A stretch of 64,000 bases of DNA, taken from assembly GCA_964016885.1 (NCBI GenBank), contig OZ024757.1, forward strand, positions 42,656,001-42,720,000. The letters are read 5' to 3'. Under the pieces are notes generated by a model. It was not told where the DNA came from, searched no databases, and saw nothing but the letters and a program-made list of their open reading frames with translations. Positions 13,986-25,298 of this stretch are shown here, one piece after another; position 1 is the stretch's first letter; every line of letters starts with the position of its first letter. The translations under genes were made by a program, and so were the position numbers. The DNA comes from Eledone cirrhosa (Eukaryota).

Positions 13986-14447
13986 CAACAACAAAAACCG
14001 AGGATCGTGTCTTCCTCTACCATTGTTCCTGAACAACAGCAAAAACCAACGACCGTAGCTTCTGCTACTACCTGCGTTGAAGGACTTCATCAACAACAGC
14101 AACCCATGTCTTCCTCACCCGTTACTTTTCAACAACAACAACCGACGATTGTGTCTTCTACCATGCCTGTTGAAGGAGAAGAACAACAACAAAAACCGAC
14201 CGTCAATACGGAGTTTGAGGAAATACGGCAAATGATTTCCGCTTTAAGTCAAGAAATAGCGGAAATAAAATCAAGCGTTCATTTAGAACCCCACAATGAG
14301 GGATCTTACCGGAGTGCCTTGTTAAAAAATCTCCGCGTACCTCATGTTGAACCTAGACGCATTGAGAATGCACAACAACTGACAATAAAGAAACTGAAAA
14401 AACTCTGGGAAACTAAATCAGAACAACCTGCCATCCCCTGCACATAA
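13605..14447 (+). pseudogene. CR1 ORF1 (PHD-like zinc finger, Gln-rich repeats, short coiled coil) with an in-frame TGA at codon 22
   Basis: ATG 13605 is in frame with track ORF 13848..14447: MSRNNK...KTG*CSKIEHCPEDHTCHICTEPENSFRNRWVECGTCRISVCLQCATG...WSFQCLDC; then PEQQQQKP.IVSS repeats, FEEIRQMISALSQEIAEIKS and SYRSALLKN. Confidence 0.75.
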
Positions 14448-17236
14448 TCATAGACTGGAATCAAGGTACAAATTGTTGTCCTTGAATGCACGTAGTCTAT
14501 GCAATAAGATTCATCTTTTTGACTCCTACATCAAAAGTATCAACCCGGACTTCGTTACAGTCACGGAAACTTGGGCACATCCCTTACTCTGTGATGGGGT
14601 TTTCAGCATGACTGGCTACAACCTGTTTCGTAAAGACCGCATTAATCGTGGTGGTGGTGGTGTAATGGTCTACGTTCAGTCAAATCTGTCGGCAATTCCT
14701 TGTGCTGATTTGAACCAATCACAGCAGGAAGTTTTTTTCTGCGATATACGTATGACCATGTCAACACTGCTACTTGGAGTCGTTTACCGTCCCCCAAATT
14801 ACCATCAGGACACTCAACTTTGTGATATCCTCAGAGCTGCTGCCAGGAAGACAGCCACTTATGTTTTCATTGCAGGAGACATCAATCACCCTGAGATTGC
14901 CTGGGAAACCTTTCGTTGGCCGCCAAGTGCAAACGACTTCCTTGAGCTAGTGCTGGACTCGAGTTGGTCCCAGGTGGTCACCTCCCCAACAAGAGGTGAC
15001 AACACTTTGGACCTACTCTTCACCACTACTCCTGAAACGATCATTAGTGTTACTGCTGAGGAACCTTTAGGTGACTCTGATCATGCTATGATCATTGCCA
15101 ATCTATCCCTCATGGGCAGTAAGAAGAACCACAACCATCTCCAAACTGCTCACTTTGACTGGAATAAAGCAGACTGGAACTGTTACTGCACCGAGTTGCA
15201 ACGGCCAAACTGGCTTGAGTTCTACGACTCTGGAGATGTCAACACTGTACTCCAGAACATCCTGAGCTCAATATGGACAGCATGTGCAGCATCGGTGCCA
15301 CGTAAGCGGAAAAAACATCCCAAAAGCGCAATTTGGGAGACTGCAGCAGTCCGTCTTGCCAGAAAAGAACGGCGCAATGCTGAACGTGAGTACAAACTTC
15401 ACAAATCAGACATTAATAGGAAGAGGCGAAATAGATCGTCCAACCACCTCAAACAGGTGACAAAAAAGGCAGTGCTTCAATTTGAGCAGCACATAGCAAC
15501 CAGCCCTGACAGTAAGGTGTTCTGGAAGTATGTTCACTCAAAGCAGAGGCCTCACTCTCCAGTTGGTCCTCTTCGCAATCCCCACACAAGCCAGGTTACT
15601 GACGACCCCAAGGAATGCGCAGAGCTCATTGCTGAATGCTATGCAGGCATTTTCACTATTGAAGACCAGAGTGTATCATCACCACCACCTATGACACCGG
15701 ACTCTATTACAACCATGGAATTTACACCTGCAATGCTGCGACGTCACCTAAAAAATAAACGCAACCATGCCTCTCTTGGTCTTGATGGTGTTACGTACCT
15801 GCTTCTTAAACGTGGTGGGTACTTCCTTCTACACCAGTTTCACGCTTCTTCCAATTCTGTCTGAACAACAGTGCTACTCCAGAACAGTGGAAAACTGCCA
15901 GTGTCATTCCTCTGTTCAAAAAGGGTGACCGCACATCACCTGTGAACTATCGTCCAGTCAGTCTTACTAGTTGCATCGCCAAACTGATGGAATCCTGTAT
16001 CAGAGAAACACTTTGGAACTTCTGGAGCTCTCACAGTCTTATCCGGGCCTCGCAATTTGGATTTATCCCCAACTCCAGCTGCTGTGATCAACTTATAGAG
16101 TTTCTTGAGGACATCACCCGGATCACTGATGGCGGCTCATGGGTGGATGTTGTTTACCTTGACTTTGTGAAGGCCTTCAATTCTGTGCCACACAAAAGGC
16201 TTATGGCAAAACTCTCTGCAATGGGTGTGAAGGATGATCTTTTTAACTGGTTGAAGTCCTTCATTCTCAGTCGAAGAGAGGTAGTCACGGTTCTAGGACA
16301 GCATTCCTCACCATATGAGATGTCATCTGGTGTACCACAGGGATCTGTTCTTGGCCCCCTTTTGTTTGTGGCATATATTAATGACATAGATGCCAACTTA
16401 AGGAATGCCACAGTACTAAAGTACGCAGATGGCATCAAGCTGTACCTTGAGATAAAAAGGACAGATCCTGAACACTATAGATCTTGCTTGCAGTCTGACC
16501 TGGACACAATGCAACAATGGATCTCAGACTGGCAACTCAAGCTAGCTGTGGACAAGTGCACCACCATGCATTTTGGGAGTATAAACCCAGCATCCACATA
16601 CTCCCTCCACAGCACTAATATCAATAAGTCTTCCTGTGAACGTTACCTGGGCATTACGGTCAGCAGCGATTTGCGTTGGACGAGGCACGTCTCTAAAAAA
16701 TTGTCAAGAGGGCCGAGGGTGTCTTAGCATCACTCAGCAAGACCTTTGTCAGCCGCTCTCCAGATATCTATTTAAGGCTGTATACAGCTATGGTGCGACC
16801 ACACTTAGAATTTGCATCACCAGTATGGAACCCCCATCTTGCTCAGGACATTGACCGCCTGGAAACTGTTCAGAGACGTGCAACCAAGCGAATACCCTCC
16901 ATCAGGCATCTACCATACTCTGAGCGCCTTGCTTCCCTGGGCATGGATTCATTGAAGCTCCGACGCCTGGCAACTGACTTGGTAAACACCCACAAAATTG
17001 TTAACCATGTTGCCAACAACAACCCTGAGTACCTTTTTGATTTCCATGTGTCTAACACACGTGGACATGCCCACAAAGTAAGAAAACAGCACAGTTCCCA
17101 AGACTTTCGGAAACATTTATTCAAGCTCAGAGTTGCTGAAGCATGGAACAAACTACCTGCATCAGTTGTTAGCTGTCGAGACACTGCATCCTTTAAGGCC
17201 TCCATGCTTCCCGAGATCCGCCAACACTACAGCTAA
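14398..17236 (+). pseudogene. CR1 ORF2 (APE endonuclease + reverse transcriptase), broken by frameshifts near ~15835 and ~16695, with catalytic YADD changed to YADG
   Basis: Track ORFs 14473..15864, 15942..16727 and 16790..17236 are consecutive pieces of one EN-RT protein; alternative frames give QWKTASVIPLFKKGD and LRLYTAMVRPHLEF across the breaks. Confidence 0.93.
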
Positions 17237-17348
17237 CACATACACACATGTACTTCCCTGACATTTGTGTATTATTCTATGTACTATATTGACGAGTTGT
17301 AGTGCACCTGAGCACTTTACACAATAATTTCATTATTATTATTATTAT

Positions 17349-17572
17349 TATATTATCGTAGCCATAGAAAAATCCCTTTTCAAAAATTTGTGTTCTGTCT
17401 TTTGTATATATTCCAACCATACCAGCAAGCATGCCAAAACTGGCCAGTTGTATGTTGCGTACCTAAACAGATTTCGGGGTGGATTTGAGGATTTTTTCAA
17501 AGTAGACACCTGCAAAACCTGAGAGAAATACGGAAATTATGACGGCTGTTAACCCGAGGAAGTTATTCAGCG
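17349..17572 (-). pseudogene. 5' part of the SLC35A-like terminal exon
   Basis: [73 protein letters not shown]; TAG at the conserved Trp position. Confidence 0.92.
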
Positions 17573-17577
17573 TTTAA

Positions 17578-17809
17578 CCCTTTAGCAATTACATTACACT
17601 ATATTTACTATTGTATTTTCAAGGTAAAGGCTTCACCTCACCTAATTATCTCATAATATCGAATCTATGAGATTTTGATATTATATAGTTTGAGAACAAT
17701 ACCTTAACATTAGTATGAGCAGTTGGTTACAAGGGCCAGTTATGGCCAGTTTGAACAGAAAGAGGAGAGAGAATTCTGGCCAGATATGGCCAGTTTAAAT
17801 GCTAAAGGG
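17578..17809. mobile_element. piggyBac-type non-autonomous DNA transposon (MITE), 232 bp
   Basis: TTAA(17574-77)-CCCTTTAGCA ... TGCTAAAGGG-TTAA(17810-13): 10-bp perfect TIR with CCC/GGG ends and TTAA target duplication. Confidence 0.85.
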
Positions 17810-17833
17810 TTAAATGAATTACTTTCAACTCAC

Positions 17834-18168
17834 CTGTACAGTGGCTACATCCAGGTTAGATATGGCTACAAAGAACAAGTTATTCTGAAGTGTATATATA
17901 ACAGATGGCACCATTATTTTGGCAGTGTCCCTACAATTGCCAAAGTAGCAGCCATATATAATACTAGGTAGGCGTAAGACACTGCGTTCCTCACACACGA
18001 TACACACCATGCTTATAAAGAGTTTGAAGGTTTCACAGATGACAACTGCCGTTGTTGAAATAAACAGAGGTCCCTCTCTCATCCTTAGGTACCGCATCAG
18101 GAGAACGACGGTGGAATTAAGCACAGTCATCATCACAAGACTAATAGCTTTCATGTAGAGATTTTTAT
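17834..18168 (-). pseudogene. First coding exon of the SLC35A-like transporter (N-terminal TM segments)
   Basis: Track ORF 17825..18154; acceptor TTTCTTTTTTTTTCTAG| at 18169 and donor CAG|GTGAGT at 17833; SLC35A-like sequence. Confidence 0.92.
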
Positions 18169-18261
18169 CTAGAAAAAAAAAGAAAGATTAGATAAAAAAT
18201 GAAATTTGAAATTATACAATTAGAGACGGTTGTATCCCAGTTTTTAGAATAGGTACATTGC

Positions 18262-18348
18262 ATCCTGAAAGGGTTTGTGGCAGGAAAGGCATATGGGAGT
18301 AAAAGATTGTCTCAAACTATACCAGCATAGAAAAAGGGACATAAAAAT

Positions 18349-18350
<2 letters not shown>
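18262..18350 (+). mobile_element. Degenerate SINE/RTE-tail-like fragment
   Basis: Ends ...taccagcatagaaaaagggacataaaat(ta)n, similar to the RTE 3' terminus seen at 18957-19000 and 12000-12035. Confidence 0.35.
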
Positions 18351-18379
<29 letters not shown>

Positions 18380-18956
18380 ACCACAAACAATTATAAGCTT
18401 TCTGAAGAAGTGTGATAAATAATTAAATATTGCATATGATTGAACAATATATATTGTAGTCAGCATATGTAGACTATTATAATAGATGAAGAAACATATG
18501 TTGAAGCCAATAAATCCCTACTCTACTTTCTCGCCGAACTCTGTATTTTTCTTGGTGCAATACTTGCCTATATATATATATATATATATATGAATAAACA
18601 TTCTGGTGTCTGAATGAGATGAAGCAAGACTGTATTTTATTTGAATTCATAGAAAAATGAGAAAACTCATCCCTAGGACAGCTGTTAAAACAGCTAAATG
18701 CTGTCAAAGACAGCAATGGGCAAAAATGCCTCAGTGGTCAACAGAGAGACAATCCACAAGGTGGGTGACAGGCAGATGAAATATAGAAAAGATTGAAAGA
18801 GGAAGAGGAGGAGGGCAAGAAGTGTGTTGTCACACAGAAGTGACTGGAAGAAGGAAATAAAGGGGATGTAGAATACAAGAGGTGGGTGTGAACATGGCTG
18901 AGAGAGTGATAAAGAGGAAGTGAGAAAGAGTGAGTGGAAGAAATATATATATATAT

Positions 18957-20694
18957 CATCATCATCATTTTATGTCCGCTTTTCCATGATTGGATGGGTC
19001 CTATTCAGCACAGCATCTCTCCACTTGTCACGGTCCTTCGTCATCTCCTCGGTGAGTTTCAGCGATCTGAGATCTGCTCTCACCACCTCCGCCCATGTTT
19101 TACGTGGTCTAGCCCTACTGCGTCTTCCTACTACTGGGATTTCTTGGCATCCTCCATGCACATCACATGTCTATACCATCTCAACCTTCTCCTGCACACC
19201 ACAACTTTCTTTCTCAACTCGTCTATGCTTGGTTGTTCACGCACATTGACATTGCACATCCAACAGAGCATACTTGCTTCATTTCTCTCCAGCTGTCGCA
19301 TATCCTCTGCAGTTGCTGCCAATGTCTCACTACCATGCAGCATTGCGCATCTCACACAGGCATCATATAACTGTCCTTTCGTACGCAGGGAGAAACCCTT
19401 CTTTGTTTGTCAACAAAGGAAACAGGCCTCCTTTCATGACACTAAGTACACTGGCATCATTCCGGACACACTTATCTCCAACAACATCCTGATTTGCACT
19501 GACACACTGCCTTGCAATGTAGAACACCGCACGTCTCTGATCTTCCCATCGCAGAACATTGGCAAACCTCCTACTCTCAGCCTCCCTGCGTGCTAAGTAC
19601 ACCTGACATCTAGCTTCTCTCCTAGCAGCTGTGTATCCTTCCCTACTCCCACCATTTTTCCAAGCCTTCCATGCCAGTCTTTTGTCTCTAATGGCCCTAT
19701 CTACCGTGGTGTTCCACCACCAGGTCACTCTGGTTGAAGCTCTGCCCCAACCACAAGTTTCTTCAGTAGCCTGCAGTAAGTTGTCATGTAAGAAATTCCA
19801 GTTATCATCTATGTCATACAACTCTAAATTGTCTTCTTTTTCGTCATATACATCTTGAAGGGCTTTGCTAAATTTATATTTTAATGAAAGGTCTTTTAGC
19901 TTCCAGACCTTTCTTTTCCACACCTTCCTGCATATCTCATTCTTTCTCATGCTTACTGAGATGTCACTAACGACTAACCTATGCTGTGGGGTACATTCTT
20001 CCCCAGGGTATGCCTTAGTATTTGACACCATCTGTCTGTCTCGCTGTCTAAATAGCAGGAAGTCAATCTGGCTTATGTGCTCGCCTGATTTGTAGGTTAT
20101 TAGGTGGTTGGTAGACTTCTGGAAGTTAGTTTTGCAAATGGTTAGTGCATTTGCATCACAAAATTCAAGAAGCCTCACTCCTTCTTCATTTCTTGAGCCG
20201 TAACTGTGCCCACCATGTACCTTAGTGTATCCATCCTGGAGCTGTCCAACATGTCCATTGAAGTCCCCAGCTAGCATAACGATGTCTCTGTCTTCTGTCA
20301 TCGAGGCTGTTTGTAAAAGTTGCTCGTAAAAGCAGTCTTTCTCTTCTTTACCTAGGCCTGCCTGGGAAGCATAGGCAGAGATGATTGTCAGTAGTCTCTT
20401 GCCTACAACTAATCTAAGCTTAATTATTCTATTACTAACTCTAACTACCTCTATTGTCTTATTGATCCACCTCTCAGCCAGTAATATGCCCACCCAACCT
20501 AACTCATCATCATTACCCACCCAGAAAAGCTTATAACTATGATGTTTGCCTGCAATTAGTCTTGCAGAGGCACCTCTCCATCTCACCTCTTGCACACAGC
20601 ACACATCCACATGCCTTCTCTCCACCATCTCTGTTATCTCACCAGATCTACCTGTGAGAGTGCCAACATTAAGTGTGGCAACTCTGAGATACAA
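18957..20694 (-). mobile_element. RTE-clade LINE, internally deleted: endonuclease and C-terminus present, RT domain absent; (GAT)n tail
   Basis: ORF 19363..20694 has RVATLNVGTL, CVQEVRW, IISAYASQ, AGDFNGHVG, SQIDFLL, PQHRLVV and TWWWN. Downstream frames give CAMLHGSETLA, LERNEASMLCWM, RRRLRWYRHV and RPRKTW..VV..DL. (CAT)n on the plus strand at 18957. Confidence 0.9.
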
Positions 20695-20713
20695 CGTCTA
20701 GTTCTTTTTCCTT

Positions 20714-20748
20714 ATATATATATATAATCTGCATACATATATGTATAT

Positions 20749-20805
<57 letters not shown>

Positions 20806-21086
20806 CAGAAATATATGTGTATATATATAAATATACATGCATACATCTATATATATATGTATCTAAAAAGTAAACATAAATAACAAAGCAAATGACAGTG
20901 CATTGAAGAAATAAATTAGTTCAACGCTTGAAATGGCAGGAAAAGGGTTTTAACATCTCGGACACTAGTCCTTCATCAGAAAATACTAGAAATATAAGAT
21001 GAAATAGAAAGATAGAGAGTGAGAAAAGGAAGGAGAATGAGAAAGACAAAAGGGGAGAAAAACATAACATACAGCCATTGATATTT

Positions 21087-21117
<31 letters not shown>

Positions 21118-21227
21118 GAGAGAGAGATTATATACATATATATACTCACACACACACACACACATATATATATTGTGTGTGTGTATATATATATATATAT
21201 GTGCGTGTATATATATATATATATATG

Positions 21228-21258
<31 letters not shown>

Positions 21259-21321
21259 GAGTGTGTGTGTGTGTATATATATATATGAGTGTGTGTGTAT
21301 ATATATATATGAGTGTGTATG

Positions 21322-21352
<31 letters not shown>
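20714..21352. repeat. Compound (TA)n/(CA)n/(GT)n/(GA)n microsatellite blocks (20714-20860 and 21088-21352)
   Basis: Directly visible dinucleotide runs. Confidence 0.9.
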
Positions 21353-21353
<1 letters not shown>

Positions 21354-21566
21354 CTCACCTGATCAATGAAACAATTGTTAATACTGTAAATAAACCCTTT
21401 TTGTACAGCCGACCATGTTATTCTTCATTCTTTCATGCGAAGAAATACCTATGATGGCTAGTAGACCACTGATGATGGATAGTCCTGGCTTCTATTTCTA
21501 ATTCTTTATTATATATATCATATTTGCAACAACACAGCTCGCCATTTTTCATTCATATACGCTTTC

Positions 21567-21985
21567 CCCTTCGCTGTGACCTGTCTTCTTCTCTTCCCTT
21601 ATTGCTATCCTCTTTCTCTCTCCATCTCCCTCTTACTTTCACTCACCCCCTCTGCTAGTCACCCTCTCTTGGCTAGCCTCTTCCTCACACTCCATCGTCA
21701 CCCTTCGCTGTGACCTGTCTTTTTCTCTTCACTTACTGCTATCCTCTTTCTCTCACCCCCTACTCTCTCCATCTTCCTCTTACTTTCACTCACCCCCTCT
21801 GCTAGTCACCCTCTCTTGGCTAGCCTCTTCCTCACACTCCATCGTCACCCTTCGCTGTGACCTGTCTTTTTCTCTTCACTTACTGCTATCCTCTTTCTCT
21901 CACCCCCTACTCTCTCCATCTTCCTCTTACTTTCACTCACCCCCTCTGCTAGTCACCCTCTCTCGGCTAGCCTCTTCCTCACACT
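21567..21985. repeat. Pyrimidine-rich minisatellite, ~3 copies of 134-147 bp
   Basis: cccttcgctgtgacctgtc at 21567, 21701 and 21848. Confidence 0.9.
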
Positions 21986-22339
21986 TTCACTCACTCACTC
22001 TCTGCTACTCACCCTCTCTATCACTTCCTCCATCGTCCCACACCATACAAAATTCTTTCCTCACTCACATTCGCACAGCCAAGATGTGTCTTTTGCCTTC
22101 TCGTCAATATTCTCAAGTTCTTATGTTCACAATGAATCATTGACTTGATTTTCTCATTTTTTCCTCTCTTTACGTTGCCCCACCATTCGTGTTTGTTTAC
22201 CTGTCTCTCTTTCTCCACCCAACTCTTTTTATCCCAATAACTTAATTTAGTTATTGTATCGCCCTAGCCGGAGGTATATAGTCTGTAATGCGAAGAAATA
22301 CCTGATGATGGATATTCCTGGTTTCTATTTCTAATTCTT

Positions 22340-22377
<38 letters not shown>

Positions 22378-23013
22378 TTATTATATATATATATATTATA
22401 TATTATATTATATATATATTATATATTATATATATATCTTTATTATATATATAATATATATCTAGTACTGGAGTGGATTCTTCCTCTATATCTTTTTCTC
22501 GTTTCCTCTCTCTTTCACTTTCTATCTTTCTCTGGAAGAAATCTACTGGAGAGGGATAGGGTTCCCCAGGCTTAAAATGCCCAAGAAATGCTGTATGTCA
22601 TTACAGTGCTCCTATGACTCTATCAGGAGCTACAGGACCATACATACAAACATGCATATAAATAGGAATGGACATTGAACAAGTTAAAGATTTTTACAAA
22701 GTTGAAATTCAGGCGAGAAAGAGAGAGAGAAGAAATTGAGATGAAATGAGTTGGCTTGGACTGAACTAAGACAGAAAGATGATAGAGAAAGAAGCAGGGA
22801 GAGATATAGTATATGTGATTCAGTGAATTACTGGTGGTGGTGGTAACAATATGAGTACTCAATGCACAGGAAGAGTGTATTAGATAATAATAAAAAATTA
22901 TGAAGTTTCATTTACCCGTATTTAGATCAATACACAACACAAGCCTATACATATGTGTGTGTGGGGTGTATATATATATACATATATATATACATACATA
23001 CACACACATACAT

Positions 23014-23060
<47 letters not shown>

Positions 23061-23127
23061 GATGGGGGACAATATACCAGCAAGAATTGCAATGTCATGA
23101 TTGCTTGCTCATGGAAAAAGATATATA

Positions 23128-23650
23128 TCTTATATATATAAAGTGAAGTTGGGCATTGTTTGTTTGGTGTCCCGAACTTGCAGGCTACACCATTCATCCG
23201 ATTTTCAAGAAACATGACACATATATAAAACTCGACCCGTAGATTGGAATAGGCTACTTGAAATTTTCGAAAAATCGATAATCGCGCTCCCAGAAGCCTA
23301 AAACCGATATTTTCAAAAATCGTCCGATTTCGATGAAACTCGACGCAAGTGTGTATTTTGATCCGGGGATGAACGTGGGCTACATTAAATTTTTGAAAAA
23401 AATTTCAATAATTGGATCACCAGAGGCAAACATCGATATTTACGAAATTTGTCCGATTCCAATAAAATTTGTAGGTATGTATTTTGATGCGAGGATCAAC
23501 GCAGGAGTACTTGAAATTTTCAAAAAAATCGATAATCGGACCCCCAGAGGTAAAAGTCCGGCAACCGAAAAACGCCATTCTTCTTGCTTCCATTTGTTGC
23601 GACTCCCGCCATGCAAAAAACGTTCAATCTATCAGGATTATCCACCGTAA
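23128..23650 (+). mobile_element. Probable 5' portion of a non-autonomous Helitron-like element with ~125-130-bp internal subrepeats
   Basis: Starts A|TCTTATATATATAAAG followed by tgtttgtttggtgtccc; repeated tccgatt...aaa...tgaaatttt...aaaaatcgataatcg modules at ~23197, 23323 and 23452; no hairpin/CTAG 3' end found. Confidence 0.5.
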
Positions 23651-24859
23651 GTCTCTTTAAAATTAACGCTCACCATATTCAGCAAACCTTTTATGCCAAT
23701 TCTTCAATTTCTTATATAAGGACTACACAGGATCGTCTTCATGTTCGGTGCTGTCTTTGATCTGAGATAATGGGCGGTTATGTGCGGCGCAGGAATAAAC
23801 CATGCTGATGACATTTGAGCAAGTTGCTGACTGGGCAGGAATGCCACATGGTGAGCCATGGCAGTCATGAGGGACCAAGGCATGCGGGCAGGGGTTGACG
23901 GTGGCAGGGATGCGGCTTGGTTAGGCATGGCAGTCTTGAAGGAGCACGGTGGACAGGCAAAATAAAGGGCTGAGAAGGGGATGGTGGCTGACAGACCATG
24001 GATGCGGCATGGTGAGGCATAACGATGCAGTGGGTCGACGGCATGCAAAGAAGGGAGATGGCCGGGATTGACGGTTGTAGGGATTCCACATGGTGAGCCA
24101 TGGCACTCGTGAAGGACCAAGGCGTGCGGGTAAGGGAGAGGGCAGGGAAGGTCATGGCGACTGACAGAGCATGGATGTGGCATGATGATGCAGTGGGACG
24201 ACGGCGTGCAGGGAAGGGAGAGGGCGAGACTTGATGGTGGCAGCGATGCAGCTTGGTGAGGCATGACCCCTTAGCCTTTGTCAAGGCAGAATTCTAGGAG
24301 AAGGAAAACTCCGACATAACACCTGCAACCCTGATGGTATCCAATGATGTTGACTTGTTCTTCTTTTTGGTAAATATCATCTTGGTTAAAAGAGTGGGAC
24401 TGGCTTTGTGCAGTGCCTTTGCTCACTATAAAAGCTTCACGGCACAGGCATTGCTTTGTATCTGGAGATCTCTCTGCACTTATCATCACATGGTACCATG
24501 GGCCCAGCACTATGTGTCAATAATTGTCACAACTGTAGTGTTTGTACCAGAGTTTAAGTCGCTGGCTGGACTAAAAATTCACACTCGTTCAGCGCATCGG
24601 TAGGGGTTCTCCTACATATAAAGTAGTGGCCGTACTCGAAAACGAGTTGGCAACCACCATGTATGTATGTATGTATGTATATTATAATATGTATGTACGT
24701 ATGTATATATACATACGTACATATATATATTTATATATACATATAAATATATATTTATATATACATATAAATGAAGTCCGTGTATTACAAAGTACTTTAA
24801 ATTAAGCTTATCGTGTTTTCAATGAAATAAAACTCTCACAAGCTTCGTCCGAGTCCCCC

Positions 24860-25112
24860 CTCCTCTCTCAGTCTATGTCTTTCTCTCATTATCTATTACT
24901 CTATCTCTCACTACCTCACGCACACTCTCTATATATATCTTTCTCTCTCACACACTCTCTCTATATATATCTCCCTTACTCTTCGTCTCTTTATCTATTA
25001 CTCTATCTCTCTCACACAATCTATATATCTATCCCTCTCTCGCTTACTCTCTCTCACACTCTAGTATCTCTCTTACTCACTCTCTATATCTTGCTTTATC
25101 TCTCTCTCTTTC

Positions 25113-25174
<62 letters not shown>

Positions 25175-25211
25175 CGTGTGTGTATATATGTATATAATTT
25201 TATTCATTGCA

Positions 25212-25298
<87 letters not shown>

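Larger units (their letters stand above)
12393..17348 (+). mobile_element. Apparently full-length CR1-clade non-LTR retrotransposon: 5' region, ORF1 with PHD-like finger, ORF2 APE endonuclease + RT, (ATT)n tail; degenerate
   Basis: ORF2 motifs SLNARSL, VTETW, RKDR..GGGGV, GVVYRPP, AGDINHP, TLDLLFT, SDH (EN); NYRPVSLTS, YLDFVKAFNSVPH, SGVPQGSVLGPLLF, KYADG (RT); VRPHLEFASPVWNPH, LETVQRRATK, TRGH, VAEAWNKLP (CR1 C-terminus). (ATT)n tail. Ends defined by rejoining the interrupted SLC35A exon. Confidence 0.93.
12180..18168 (-). pseudogene. SLC35A-family nucleotide-sugar transporter (UDP-Gal/UDP-GlcNAc transporter-like) pseudogene in three coding pieces: 18168-17834, ~17572-17349 and 12392-12180
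   Basis: Manual translation gave MKAISLVMMTVLNSTVVLLMRY...STTAVVICETFKL...VPSVIYTLQNNLFFVAISNLDVATVQ, then [41 protein letters not shown]...KGFFYGYDNI, then VLLSLFIQAFSGLSIAVVFK*ADNVLKSFASSLSIIIS...FY*GAFFVVCSLLLYNK*. These match SLC35A motifs ([32 protein letters not shown]). Premature stops at 17463-65, 12330-32 and 12225-27. Confidence 0.92.

Noticed and set aside
16154-17205. Antisense and alternate-frame ORFs within the CR1 (and likewise within the RTE)
   Set aside because: Shadow ORFs of the LINE coding strand with no independent motifs.
17510-17530. Apparent splice acceptor TTTCTCTCAG|GT on the minus strand before GFAGVYFEK
   Set aside because: SLC35A-like coding sequence ([15 protein letters not shown]) continues upstream in frame, so this is exon-internal.
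21359-21416. Possible upstream SLC35A exon on the minus strand (AG|GTGAGT donor at 21358, ATG at 21416)
   Set aside because: Phase fits the 18168 acceptor, but the frame contains TAA and TGA and shows no homology. It could be a non-coding exon but cannot be supported.
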